Shown: piece by piece, positions 11,017 to 21,001 of the stretch
Numbering within the stretch: the stretch's first letter is position 1
How the letters are laid out: every line of letters starts with the position of its first letter
Assembly: GCA_900540985.1 (NCBI GenBank)
Contig: UQIC01000007.1
Coordinates: 1,773 to 65,772 of the forward strand
Length of the DNA: 64,000 nucleotides
From: an uncultured Collinsella sp.
GTDB taxonomy: Bacteria; Actinomycetota; Coriobacteriia; Coriobacteriales; Coriobacteriaceae
Direction: 5' to 3'
Made by a program: the position numbers and the translations under genes
The notes under the pieces: model-generated
What the model saw: the letters and a program-made list of their open reading frames with translations, nothing else
What the model was told of the DNA's origin: nothing
Database searches by the model: none

Positions 11017-12627
11017 TTACAGAAGACTCTCGAACTTCAGAAGACTCTCGAACTTCTCGCGAACCTGCGGGACGGTAAGGCCGATAATGACCTGGATTGA
11101 CTGACCTTGGACCACCAAGCCATGCGTACCGATCGCCTTGAAGGAAGCCTCGGGTGCAACGACGCTCTTGTCCTTGACGTTAACGCGCAGACGGGTAGCG
11201 CAGTTAGTTACATCGATGATGTTATCCGTGCCACCGAGCAGATCGAGGATGTTCTCGGCAAGCACCAAGCGCTCATCATCTTTACTCTGGGCGACCGATT
11301 TGCCAGCAGCAGCACCGCCCTGCTTTTGCTTGTAGTCGGCCTTGGACTTGAGCTCGACCTCAACATCGTCATCCTCGCGACCGGGGGTCTTAAAGTCGAA
11401 CTTGACGATCAGGAAACGGAAGACCACGACCCAAAGGGCGGTAAAGCACAGACCGACAAGGATGGAGATGGCGTACTGCAGACCGTGTGCGGCCCAAAGG
11501 GGCAGCCAGTCCCACGAGAGCATCGAGATGATGCCGCCGTCGAAGATACCCACGACGCCAAGGAGGTTTTGAGCCATGCAGCCAAGCGCTCCGAGCACGC
11601 AGTGGACGACGAACAGGCCGGGCGCGATGAACAGGAAGGTGAAGTCAAGCGGCTCGGTAATACCGCAAAGCATAGCGGTAAGGGTGACCGGGATCAGCAG
11701 AGCCTTGACGCGCTGCTTGCGCTCGGGTTTGGCGGTCATATAAAACGCAATGGCGACGCCAAGCGAGCCGAAGACCTTAGTCCAACCAGGGCAGGTATAG
11801 GCAGCCCAGGGTGCGGCATCCTTAAGAGCAATGCTCGGATCGGCAGCCAGTTGGGGCAGGATGTTGGCCCAAGCGGCAAAGATGCCGCCGTTGACCGCCG
11901 CGTTGTCGTAATAGAACGGCGTATAGATAAAGTGGTGCAGGCCTGTAGGGATCAGCACGCGCTCGAAGAAAGCAAAGACACCCACGCCAAACGTACCGGC
12001 GGAAAGGATGAATCCCTGGAAGGCGGAGATAGCAGCCTGAACATGCGGCCACACCAGGCAGGCGATAAGAGCGACCGGAACCATAACGAAGAAACCGATC
12101 ATATAGATGAACACGGAACCCGAGAACACGCCCAACCACTCGGGGAGCTCGGTGTCGAAGAACTTATTATGCAGCATCGTGGCGATACCAGAGATAATGA
12201 GCGCGCCCATGATGCCCATATCAAGCGTTTTGATGCTTGCGATAGTGGAAAGACCAGTACCGCTGCCCGCCTCGACAGAGTAGTCGACCCCAAAGACAGG
12301 GCCCCACTGCCCCAAGATTGTGCTTACAAAGTAGTTGAAGGTAAGGTAGATGGCCAAAGCCTCCATGCAGCAGCGAGCGTTCTGCTTGTTCGCGAGCGAG
12401 ATTGGCAACGCTACGCAAAACAGCAACGGCATCTGGTTAAAGAGCGTCCAACCACCCTGGAGCAGCACATTCCAGCAATCAAACCAAAGATGGCCCGCAG
12501 TGGCCATCTCGCCAAAGATCGCCTCTGTGGTAAACAACGTACCCAGGCCAACGACAATTCCGGAAAATGCGAAAAGAATTGCAGGCGTGTACATTGCACC
12601 GCCGAAACGTTGTATCTTTTGCATCAT
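11017..12627 (-). CDS. PTS glucose/alpha-glucoside-family EIICB component
   Basis: Multi-TM EIIC domain plus a C-terminal EIIB with the phospho-Cys motif CATRLRV. Start at MMQKIQ after AGAGGGGGA. Confidence 0.85.
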   Translation of the reverse strand: MMQKIQRFGGAMYTPAILFAFSGIVVGLGTLFTTEAIFGEMATAGHLWFDCWNVLLQGGWTLFNQMPLLFCVALPISLANKQNARCCMEALAIYLTFNYFVSTILGQWGPVFGVDYSVEAGSGTGLSTIASIKTLDMGIMGALIISGIATMLHNKFFDTELPEWLGVFSGSVFIYMIGFFVMVPVALIACLVWPHVQAAISAFQGFILSAGTFGVGVFAFFERVLIPTGLHHFIYTPFYYDNAAVNGGIFAAWANILPQLAADPSIALKDAAPWAAYTCPGWTKVFGSLGVAIAFYMTAKPERKQRVKALLIPVTLTAMLCGITEPLDFTFLFIAPGLFVVHCVLGALGCMAQNLLGVVGIFDGGIISMLSWDWLPLWAAHGLQYAISILVGLCFTALWVVVFRFLIVKFDFKTPGREDDDVEVELKSKADYKQKQGGAAAGKSVAQSKDDERLVLAENILDLLGGTDNIIDVTNCATRLRVNVKDKSVVAPEASFKAIGTHGLVVQGQSIQVIIGLTVPQVREKFESLLKFESLL

Positions 12628-12777
12628 GACGGGGAATCCCCCTCTCTTCATTCGGAGCGACTGCGGTTTTGGCTTCACTCGAGACCGCAGACGCGCCGTT
12701 TGCGTGTACCTCGTGCAATAGGACGGGTGGGCCCGCTTCCCTGACTTCTTGCGCTTCCATTTTTATCATATCACTTA

Positions 12778-12938
12778 TCTAGACAAGTTAGCATAAATAC
12801 TACGGTCGGTAAACGGTTGATTATTGGCCGTAAACGGTATATGTCCAGTATTTCGCCTGCTAAATCTGACATAGCTGATGGGCGAATTTTATTTTTCTTT
12901 TCTACTTGTCTAGATGTGCTTGTCTATATCTATAGACA
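12778..12938. promoter_or_regulatory. Divergent promoter region with GntR/HutC-type operator palindromes
   Basis: TCTAGACAAG at 12778 and its reverse complement CTTGTCTAGA at 12905. An 18-bp palindrome TGTCTATATCTATAGACA sits at 12921. All share a GTCTA...TAGAC core in an AT-rich spacer. Confidence 0.4.
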
Positions 12939-12984
12939 TACCTATACTTCATTACAACATTCACCGCCACGTTAAGGAGTCACC

Positions 12985-14010
12985 ATGAAAAGCGCGGTCT
13001 TCTATGGAAAGCACGACCTCAGAGTCGAGGAATCGGCAAAGCCGGCCGTGGGCAGGCGCGACGTTCTGATCAACGTCAAAGCTTGCGGCGTCTGCGGTAC
13101 CGACGTTCATATCTATGAAGGCGACAAGGGTGCAGCCGACGTTACCCCGCCCACGATCCTTGGTCATGAGTTTGCGGGCGTTGTCGAGGCCGTGGGCAGC
13201 GACGTCGCTGGCTTTAAACCGGGCGATCGCGTGTGCATCGACCCAAACCATCCCTGTGGCTGCTGCGAACCCTGCCGCGACGGAATCAACCACTACTGCG
13301 AGCATATGACCGGTTACGGCACCACCGTTAACGGCGGCTTTGCCGAGTACTGCTCCGTCGATATGCAGCAAGTCTACAAGTTGGGCGATCACACCAGCTT
13401 CGAGCAGGGCGCCATGACCGAGCCCGTCGCCTGCTGCCTGCACGGCATCGATATGTGCAACATCAAGCCCGGCAGCACAGTTGTCGTTATCGGCGGTGGC
13501 ATGATCGGTCTGCTCATGATGCAGCTTGCTAAAAACGCCGGCGCCACCAAGGTTGTCTTGCTCGAGCCTGTCGAAGGCAAGCGCAAGGTTGCGCTCAAAC
13601 TCGGCGCCGACCTGGCAATTGATTCCATCCACGAGGACGTCCAGGCCCGCCTGAAGCAGGAGGGCGTCGGCAACGTCGATGTCGTTATCGAGTGTGTTGG
13701 CAAGCCCGTCACCATCGAGCAGGCCATCCAGATTGCCGGCCACAAGGCTACGGTCATGATGTTCGGCCTCACCAAGCCCGATGAGACAATCACCGTCAAG
13801 CCCTTCGAGGTCTTCCAGAAGGAGCTTGTGCTTACCTCGTCCTACATCAACCCTTATACGCAGCGTCGCGCGCTCGAGCTCATCGACTCTGGCAGGCTCG
13901 ACGTTTCTTCGATGGTCGCCAAGGTGGCTTCCCTCGACGAACTCGGCGCCATCCTGTCAGACCCAGCTCTGCGTGCCATGGGTAAATATATAATCGACCC
14001 CAGCAAGTAA
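12985..14010 (+). CDS. Zn-dependent medium-chain alcohol/polyol dehydrogenase (sorbitol/threonine dehydrogenase-like)
   Basis: Motifs CGVCGTDVH, GHEFAGVVEAVG and a GGGMIGL Rossmann fold. RBS AAGGAG. Confidence 0.85.
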   Translation: MKSAVFYGKHDLRVEESAKPAVGRRDVLINVKACGVCGTDVHIYEGDKGAADVTPPTILGHEFAGVVEAVGSDVAGFKPGDRVCIDPNHPCGCCEPCRDGINHYCEHMTGYGTTVNGGFAEYCSVDMQQVYKLGDHTSFEQGAMTEPVACCLHGIDMCNIKPGSTVVVIGGGMIGLLMMQLAKNAGATKVVLLEPVEGKRKVALKLGADLAIDSIHEDVQARLKQEGVGNVDVVIECVGKPVTIEQAIQIAGHKATVMMFGLTKPDETITVKPFEVFQKELVLTSSYINPYTQRRALELIDSGRLDVSSMVAKVASLDELGAILSDPALRAMGKYIIDPSK

Positions 14011-14075
14011 ATCGATCGACACCTGCGCGAGCAGTCCTCATCCACCGCTCGCGCACTCAGCTCTAGGAGACCGTC

Positions 14076-14831
14076 ATGGCGCGAGCCATCTTCCAAACCA
14101 TTTATGACAACGTGAAGCAGTCGATTGACGACGGCACATACGCCTATCTAAGCTATCTGCCTTCGGAGACTGAACTCACACAGCTGTTTGGCTGTTCGCG
14201 CATGACGGTCCGTCGCGCCATCTCGATGCTTGCGGCAGATGGCTACGTGCTCCCCCAGCAAGGCAAAGGCATGCGCGTCATTCGCAACATCAGTGACGAG
14301 ACGAATCGTGGTGGCGGCGGACTCGAGACCTTTAAGGAAATCGCAGCCAGCCGAGGCTTTGAGCTCAAAACGGTTACCACTGTCTTTGAGCTCCTCGTCT
14401 GCAACAAGGCGCTCTCCAAGATTACCGGGTTTCCTGAAGGCTGTGAGCTCACGCGTGCCAAACGCATCCGTTATGCAGACGGACGGGCCGTGTGCTCCGA
14501 CGACTCCTATTACCTAAGCTCACAGGTACCGGGGCTGACACCCGAGATTGTCAACGATTCGATTTATCGTTACCTCGAAGAAGACCTTGGCATTAAGATT
14601 GCCACGGGCAAACGCGATGTAACGATTGAGCATCCCACGCCCGAGGATGCACGCGTGCTCGATCTCGACGACTTTAACGCACTCGCTGTTGTACGCGGAC
14701 AGACCTACAACGCCGACGGCATCCTTATGGAATACACCGAGACCAAACAGGTTCCCAGCTTCTTTTTACTCCACGAAACGGTCACCCGCCGCAATAACGG
14801 CAGCGAGACCCATCAGAGCAGTATGAGCTAA
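14076..14831 (+). CDS. GntR-family (HutC subfamily, UTRA effector domain) transcriptional regulator
   Basis: N-terminal wHTH ...LPSETELTQLFGCSRMTVRRAISML... with a roughly 150-aa UTRA-like C-terminus. RBS AGGAG. Confidence 0.85.
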   Translation: MARAIFQTIYDNVKQSIDDGTYAYLSYLPSETELTQLFGCSRMTVRRAISMLAADGYVLPQQGKGMRVIRNISDETNRGGGGLETFKEIAASRGFELKTVTTVFELLVCNKALSKITGFPEGCELTRAKRIRYADGRAVCSDDSYYLSSQVPGLTPEIVNDSIYRYLEEDLGIKIATGKRDVTIEHPTPEDARVLDLDDFNALAVVRGQTYNADGILMEYTETKQVPSFFLLHETVTRRNNGSETHQSSMS

Positions 14832-14840
14832 CCATCTAAT

Positions 14841-14912
14841 AGTTGCGGTGGAATAGTTCCTAGAATGGCCAGCTTAAGGGCAAAACAGGAACTATTCCAC
14901 CGCAACTTTTTT
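14841..14912 (+). terminator. Rho-independent terminator (21-bp perfect stem + T6)
   Basis: AGTTGCGGTGGAATAGTTCCT...AGGAACTATTCCACCGCAACT followed by TTTTTT. Confidence 0.65.
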
Positions 14913-14962
14913 GGCCAGCGGGGCAGTACCTGTTCCACCGGCCATCATTTACGCTCTTCTAG

Positions 14963-16216
14963 CTAGTCCGCGAGCTTCTCCACCTGATCGAGCATCTTGT
15001 CGAGCTTGGCCTTTGCTTCGGCTTTGACCTTCTCAGCTTCTTCGTGAGCCTTCGCCTTCTGGGCGGCCTTTTCCTCGGCTTCGGGATCGACGACGACCAG
15101 ATTGGACGCGTCGTGCTCAACAAGCTTGAGCGCATGCTCGGGACAAACCTTGACACAGGCGCCGCAGCCTAAACAATACGTGGACTCCAACGCAAAGCGG
15201 CCGCTTCCCACCAAATCGCAGGCGAACGTGGGGCACACGTTGACGCACTCGCCGCACGACGTGCACTTGTCAAAATCGCACTCCGGCGTGCTCACCTGCA
15301 TGTTCTGGGCAAGCTCGGGATGGTTTTGCAGTGTCGAGAGCACCAGCTGCCGCCCATGGGTGAGCGAACGGCGACGCTTGGTCGTCGTGGTGCCGCACAT
15401 GGTGTTGAGCGTGCGCTCCAGCTGGGTAATCTGATGGCGATGGGCCTTGAGCTTTTGCGTCACCGAGGCCAGCGCCGCCGTCGCCGGGTTGAGCTTGGTC
15501 ACCGTCAGGCCCGTGGTGCGGGCAATCTTTTCCATGTACTCCTTGCGCTCGTACTCGCGGCGCTTATGGCACTTGAGGCTCTTGGGGTCGACCTCTAGGC
15601 CCATACCCGTGCCAGACCACTCTTCGGCCTTCGCAATCGCCTCGCCAAGAATGTCCTCACCGCCGGTGTTGCGGCATTTATCGCACACGCCCAACGGCAG
15701 GTACACACTCACGTTGGGATAGTCGGCCAGTACCGAGAACCAGGTCTCTGCCGTAATATCGCCCACGCAGGCAACGACGACCTCGTTTTCACGCGGCATG
15801 CGTTTGAGGGCACGCGTGCAGGTGACGTAGGCGGTCTCGTGGCTCATAGCAGCAGAGACGATATCGTCATACAGGTTTTTAGGCGCCAGGCGCGGCGAGA
15901 TGATCGCCTCGGTCGGGCAGGCAGCGGCGCACAGACCGCACTTGCGGCAGGAGTCGAGGATCTCGATGGCGTCTTCCTCGACCTCGATAGCGTTGACCGG
16001 GCACACGTCCATGCACGCGGTGCAGCCGCTTTTTTCGTTTTTGCAGGTCAAGCACGGAATGGTGTTGCCGCGCGGGCGCTCCTTGTAGTCGGCAGGATTC
16101 CACTGCGGCGCCGATGGATCGAGTGCATCGGTCACGCCGCCAAGCGGGTTTTTAAGAAAGTCGAAACCCTTGCTGATCTCGATAATGTCATCAAACAGAT
16201 CGTGTTCCTGCGCCAT
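14963..16216 (-). CDS. 4Fe-4S ferredoxin-domain protein (two dicluster modules, K/A/E-rich coiled-coil tail)
   Basis: Two pairs of CxxCxxCxxxCP motifs at the N- and C-terminus. Start at MAQEHD after AGGGAGGG. Confidence 0.8.
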   Translation of the reverse strand: MAQEHDLFDDIIEISKGFDFLKNPLGGVTDALDPSAPQWNPADYKERPRGNTIPCLTCKNEKSGCTACMDVCPVNAIEVEEDAIEILDSCRKCGLCAAACPTEAIISPRLAPKNLYDDIVSAAMSHETAYVTCTRALKRMPRENEVVVACVGDITAETWFSVLADYPNVSVYLPLGVCDKCRNTGGEDILGEAIAKAEEWSGTGMGLEVDPKSLKCHKRREYERKEYMEKIARTTGLTVTKLNPATAALASVTQKLKAHRHQITQLERTLNTMCGTTTTKRRRSLTHGRQLVLSTLQNHPELAQNMQVSTPECDFDKCTSCGECVNVCPTFACDLVGSGRFALESTYCLGCGACVKVCPEHALKLVEHDASNLVVVDPEAEEKAAQKAKAHEEAEKVKAEAKAKLDKMLDQVEKLAD

Positions 16217-16367
16217 GCGCGGCCCCTCCCTGAGCAGTGCAAACAAGCAAGAGATAATGATACGCTATCGGCCCACGCCTTGGGCAAATTACATGCGGCG
16301 CATCTTTGCGGCAAATAGCCTATGGTCTATCGCCGCCTCGATTGCACAAGATCAATCAAGCGCCAAG

Positions 16368-16886
16368 CTATGCCTCGCACATGAGCTGCACGAGCTTTTG
16401 TTTGGTCACCTTGGCCTGCTCGTTGGCCATATTACGCTCGTTTCTAAAGACCGCATTTGCAACACCCTGCAGATCGGCATCGGAAATCTCGCTGCACGGA
16501 CCGTCCATCGACGCCGCCGTGGGGCATACGCACAACGGCAACTCGGCATAAAACGCAACGGCCTTGGCGATATCGAGCATCTTGCCGCCGCCAATACCCA
16601 CCACCATGTCGCAATACTCGGCCTGGGCTTCCTTAGCCATTTCGACAACGGCGTCTTCCGTACACGGACCGTCATAAATCTTAAAGAACGGCTCACTTAG
16701 GTCTTCGTCCAGAAATCCATCGACGATCTGCTTGCACAGCCGATCCTCGGTGCCCTGGTCAAACAAGACATAGGCAGCGCAGCCCAACCATGACAAATAC
16801 CTGCCCTGGCGCGAAAGCTCCCCCGGCCCCTGAACATACCGGCCGGGACCGCCGTAAACCATAGGAAGCGCCATACGAGAATCCAC
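16368..16886 (-). pseudogene. Truncated glycerol dehydrogenase / Fe-ADH paralog (N-terminal third only)
   Basis: Residues 1-130 are collinear with the adjacent intact gldA and include GGGKMLDIAKAVA. The sequence then diverges and stops at about 172 aa. About 150 nt of non-coding DNA follow before the next gene. Confidence 0.5.
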
Positions 16887-16905
16887 CCTTCATCAAACAA
16901 CGATT

Positions 16906-16968
16906 GGTGCAAACTAACCTGGCCCCTTTGCACCAACTTGGTGCGAAGGGGCCAGGTTAGTTTGCACC
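16906..16968. repeat. Large perfect hairpin (22-bp stem) of unknown role
   Basis: GGTGCAAACTAACCTGGCCCCT...AGGGGCCAGGTTAGTTTGCACC with a palindromic loop. Not followed by a T-run. Confidence 0.5.
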
Positions 16969-16972
16969 ATAG

Positions 16973-17008
16973 CAAAAAGGGGCAAAGTCATCTGTTGGCT
17001 TTGCCCCT
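16973..17008 (-). terminator. Rho-independent terminator of gldA
   Basis: AGGGGCAAAG/CTTTGCCCCT hairpin followed by a T-run on the minus strand. Confidence 0.6.
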
Positions 17009-17021
17009 TCCTTAGCTTGAT

Positions 17022-18122
17022 TTACTCATCCATGAGATAGTAGTGGCCCAGCGCGTCGGCACCCAGGATGGCGTTTGCGACCATCTCGGGCGTCACCTCA
17101 AAGGGCATGTTGCACATGGTGTCATCGGGTGCGCAGGCGGCCTCGGCAACAATCATGGCCTGCTCGCGCGTAAGCTCGGCAACGCCAAGTTCCTTCATCG
17201 TGACCGGCAGGCCAAGCTCAATGCAGAAGCCCAAGACTTCCTCGAGCTTCTCGGTCGGGGCATCCTCGAGTACCAGCTGGACGATAGTGCCAAAGGCGAC
17301 CTTCTCGCCGTGATACATGCCGTGGCACTCGGGCAGCATCGTCAGGCCATTGTGGATGGCATGAGCAGCAGCAAGGCCCGAGCTCTCAAAGCCAATGCCC
17401 GAAAGCAGCGTATTGGCCTCGATGATGTGCTCGACGGCAGGCGTGAGCGCACCCTTCTCCAGCGCGACCTTGGCCTTGACGCCATCGGCCATGAGCGTCT
17501 CGTAGCAGAGCTTGGCGAGCGCCAGGCCGGCCATTCCACCCTTACCGCCGGCGCAAGTGCCACCGTCGGCATCGTGCGTCGCCTGGGCCTCGAAGTAGGT
17601 TGCGAGCGCATCGCCCATACCGGAAACCGTCAGGCGCACCGGGCTCGCCGCGATAACCGTCGTATCCATAAGGACGATATTGGGGTTTGCCTTAAGGAAG
17701 AGGTACTTATCGAACTGGCCGTCATCGGTGTAAAGCACCGAAAGTGCCGAGCACGGTGCATCGGTCGAGGCAATGGTGGGGCAAATGATAACCGGGGACT
17801 CCAGGTAATAGGCGACGGCCTTCGCGGTGTCGAGGATCTTGCCGCCACCGACGCCGACGATGATGTCGCAACCGTTGTCGCGAGCGAGCGCAACCAGGCG
17901 ATCGACCTCGCCCTTGGAGCACTCGCCGTTAAAGTCCTCAAACAGCAGCTCGGCCTTGGCCTCGGCAAAGCCGCCCTCGATCTTGGCACCGACGCGCTTC
18001 TTGCCCGAAGGCGTCACGATGACGAGGGCCTTAGCGCCGAGCGGCTCGACATAGGAGCCGAGCTTGGCGAGCTCGTCCGGACCCTGGATGTACTTGCTGG
18101 GGCTATTGAAAATTGCAGCCAT
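17022..18122 (-). CDS. gldA: Glycerol dehydrogenase (iron-containing ADH family)
   Basis: GldA signatures GGGKILDTAKAVA and the metal-binding His/Asp pattern. 366 aa. Confidence 0.9.
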   Translation of the reverse strand: MAAIFNSPSKYIQGPDELAKLGSYVEPLGAKALVIVTPSGKKRVGAKIEGGFAEAKAELLFEDFNGECSKGEVDRLVALARDNGCDIIVGVGGGKILDTAKAVAYYLESPVIICPTIASTDAPCSALSVLYTDDGQFDKYLFLKANPNIVLMDTTVIAASPVRLTVSGMGDALATYFEAQATHDADGGTCAGGKGGMAGLALAKLCYETLMADGVKAKVALEKGALTPAVEHIIEANTLLSGIGFESSGLAAAHAIHNGLTMLPECHGMYHGEKVAFGTIVQLVLEDAPTEKLEEVLGFCIELGLPVTMKELGVAELTREQAMIVAEAACAPDDTMCNMPFEVTPEMVANAILGADALGHYYLMDE

Positions 18123-18138
18123 AACTATCCCATTCTCT

Positions 18139-18179
18139 AAAAAAGAAAGGGGCTCCGTACGGATACGTGCGGAGCCCCT
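18139..18179 (-). terminator. Rho-independent terminator of the Fe-ADH gene
   Basis: AGGGGCTCCG...CGGAGCCCCT hairpin followed by T8 on the minus strand. Confidence 0.6.
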
Positions 18180-18200
18180 CGTTACGATAACAAGAGTCGA

Positions 18201-19424
18201 TTAGAAATCGATGTCGGTGTCGTAGTAGCAGGCCTTGAGGATCTTCTCGAAGTCGGCAGCCTTGGTCTCACGCGGGTTCTCGGGCGTGCAGGCGTCCTGC
18301 TCGGCGTTCGCGGCGATCTCGGGCAGCTTGGCGAGGAACTCCTCCTCGGAAACCATCTGCGGGTTCTCGGCGTCGACCTTCACGCCACCATTCGCGTAAT
18401 CCTTGATGGACTGCGGAATGTTGAGCTGGTCGTTGAGATCGCGAATCTTCTGGACGAGTGCAGCGATGAGCTCCTCGTTGGTCTCGCCGGGAAGGTGCAG
18501 GATCTCCTTGGCCACGTAAGCGTAACGCTCGGCAGCACGCGGGTCCTTGGAGTTCCACTGGATGACCTTGCCCAGGTACATGGCGTTAGCAGCACCGTGG
18601 ATGATGTGGCCATTCTCAAAGGCAGCACCGGTCTTGTGAGCCATGGAGTGAACGATGCCGAGCAGGCCCGAGGAGAAGGCGATACCGGCGATGCACTGAG
18701 CCTCGTGCATGTGCTGACGGGCCTCATGGTCGCCAGCATAGGACTTGGGCAGCCACTCGACGATCTCGCGGATGCCGTGCAGGGCGTTGGCGTCGGTGAA
18801 CATAGAGGCGCAGGTGGAAACGTAGGCCTCCATGCAGTGGGTCAGAGCATCCATGCCGGTGTGAGCGCACAGCTTGGCGGGCATGGTGTAGGTGAGCTCG
18901 GGGTCGACGATGGCGACATCAGGGGTGATGTTGAAGTCGGCCAGCGGGTACTTGATGCCCTTGGCGTAGTCGGTAATGACGGAGAACGCGGTGACCTCGG
19001 TAGCGGTGCCGGAGGTAGAAGAGATGGCGCAGAAATGAGCCTTCTGACGCAGCTCGGGGAAGCTGAACGGCTGGATGATGTTATCGAAGGACTCCTCGGG
19101 ATACTCGTAGAAGACCCACATGGCCTTAGCGGCATCGATGGGCGAGCCGCCACCGATGGCGATAATCCAGTCGGGCTCGAACTCGCGCATGGCCTCGGCG
19201 CCCTTCATGACCGTCTCGATGGACGGGTCGGACTCGACGCCCTCGAACAGCTTGACCTCGAAGCCGCCTTCCTTAAGGTCGTTCTCGACGTCCTGCAGGA
19301 ACCCGCCGCGGCGCATAGAGCTGCCGCCAGAAACGATGATGGCCTTCTTGCCCTTGAGGTTCTTCACCTCGTGGCGAGCGCCCTCACCAAAGTACAGATC
19401 GCGAGGATTGGTAAAACGTCCCAT
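18201..19424 (-). CDS. Iron-containing alcohol dehydrogenase (1,3-propanediol/butanol dehydrogenase-like)
   Basis: Fe-ADH signatures GGGSPIDAAKA and His-rich metal ligands. Start at MGRFTN after TAGGAGG. Confidence 0.85.
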   Translation of the reverse strand: MGRFTNPRDLYFGEGARHEVKNLKGKKAIIVSGGSSMRRGGFLQDVENDLKEGGFEVKLFEGVESDPSIETVMKGAEAMREFEPDWIIAIGGGSPIDAAKAMWVFYEYPEESFDNIIQPFSFPELRQKAHFCAISSTSGTATEVTAFSVITDYAKGIKYPLADFNITPDVAIVDPELTYTMPAKLCAHTGMDALTHCMEAYVSTCASMFTDANALHGIREIVEWLPKSYAGDHEARQHMHEAQCIAGIAFSSGLLGIVHSMAHKTGAAFENGHIIHGAANAMYLGKVIQWNSKDPRAAERYAYVAKEILHLPGETNEELIAALVQKIRDLNDQLNIPQSIKDYANGGVKVDAENPQMVSEEEFLAKLPEIAANAEQDACTPENPRETKAADFEKILKACYYDTDIDF

Positions 19425-19924
19425 ACTGTGCCTCCTAAACAAGCCCCTCTTAGACTTGCGTATATAACGGAGCACCCAATTGGCTCCGTTAGGACCGGTT
19501 TGCGCGTTGCCGGCGATGACAATGCGCGATGTCTAAACGTCTCAACGCTCAGACAAACACTATTTTACCGTTCTGGTTGGTCAGTTATTCACCTAAAGCC
19601 GCCAATGATGAAACGTTTTTTCTATCCCTGAAGACCCTTGTGCGGCATTCATACTCCCAAGCTGGGCAAACGTTTTATCAAGGTTGACTACATATCCCGG
19701 GCAGGACTGTGCCCCTCCAAAATATGCACCGTTCGCCGCCAAAAATCGACCGTTTGCGGCACCGTGATACCACTCGGCCGTCCATGGTGCCGACATTTGT
19801 GCGACATCCGACTTCGTGGTGCAAAGGTGCAAGTCCAAGTGCGGCACCCCCGGTGTGCCACATGCGGGTAAACTAGAACCTTATATAGAAACATCTGAAC
19901 CCTAACCGCAGCAAAGGAGGCCCC

Positions 19925-21001
19925 ATGGCATTCGATTCCATTCAAGAGGATTGCCATCGCCTCGTTCTTGAGGCCTTGCGCCGCGACAATATCCCGCTCA
20001 CCGACGGTGCCGCCGTAGAGCGTCTGATGGAGCAATTCACCCGCAACCCCGCACCGCTCATCGTGCACGACCGCGACCGCGCCGGGCATCTCATTGCCAA
20101 GGTGGTCCAGGCTGTCGACTACCGCATTCCCTTTATCCCTGACGATACCCAGGCAGAGCAAGAAGAGGCAGCTGCCGAGAACATGCTCCGCGAGGCGGCC
20201 GCACTCGATCCGGCCAACTGGGATGCCCAGCGCATGCTGACGGCACTCACCGCCGAATCCAACGAGGAATACGTGCAGTATCTGGTGTCCAAGTGCGACG
20301 AGGTGGAGCACGATCTGGCGCTCAAGATCGCCTCTGCGCAGGACCCCTACGAGCGCGAGGCCGCAGGCGACCTTATGCGCCGTCCCTATCTGCGCTGGCT
20401 TGCTGCCTTGGCATCGCGCGCGCTCATTAGCGGACGCTACCGCATGTCGCTCGAAGCCGCAAATCGCAGCTTGGACTTTGCGCCCAACGACCCCGCTGGT
20501 GTCCGCCACACCGCGATGCTCGCCATGGCAAAGCTCGAATACCCCGCCGAGGAGCTCAAGCGCTTTCGCTCCGCTCACTCCGTGCCGTACCTCGCGAATA
20601 CCCCGCCGCGCCGCCGCCCCAAAGATGCAGAGCGCGACTTGGACCCGTGGACGCTCATCGCGCTGATGAGCGCGGCCTGGCGCGAACTGGACTACGAGGA
20701 TGCCGAGCACTACTTGCGCATCCTTGCGCGCTCGTGTCCGCACGCAGCCGAAGCACTCTACTTCCAAACCGAGTTTCCCGATGGCGTCTATGCCCGCGTC
20801 AACGTGGGTGTGGGCTCCACCGACGAGCTTGTCCTTGCGCTGTCCGAGGCGACGCCGGTACTGCAGGAGGGCCTGGGCGCCCCCGACAACGCCAGCTTTG
20901 CCGCCTGGGTCGCCACCAACGACATCGTACGCTCCCAGATCGACGAACGAATCCTGCGCGCGGCCGAGCAGGGGCTTCCATTTAAGGGAGGGGACCTCTA
21001 A
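19925..21001 (+). CDS. Hypothetical alpha-helical protein (358 aa)
   Basis: AAGGAGG RBS. No recognisable catalytic motifs. Shares local similarity with the downstream gene. Confidence 0.6.
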   Translation: MAFDSIQEDCHRLVLEALRRDNIPLTDGAAVERLMEQFTRNPAPLIVHDRDRAGHLIAKVVQAVDYRIPFIPDDTQAEQEEAAAENMLREAAALDPANWDAQRMLTALTAESNEEYVQYLVSKCDEVEHDLALKIASAQDPYEREAAGDLMRRPYLRWLAALASRALISGRYRMSLEAANRSLDFAPNDPAGVRHTAMLAMAKLEYPAEELKRFRSAHSVPYLANTPPRRRPKDAERDLDPWTLIALMSAAWRELDYEDAEHYLRILARSCPHAAEALYFQTEFPDGVYARVNVGVGSTDELVLALSEATPVLQEGLGAPDNASFAAWVATNDIVRSQIDERILRAAEQGLPFKGGDL

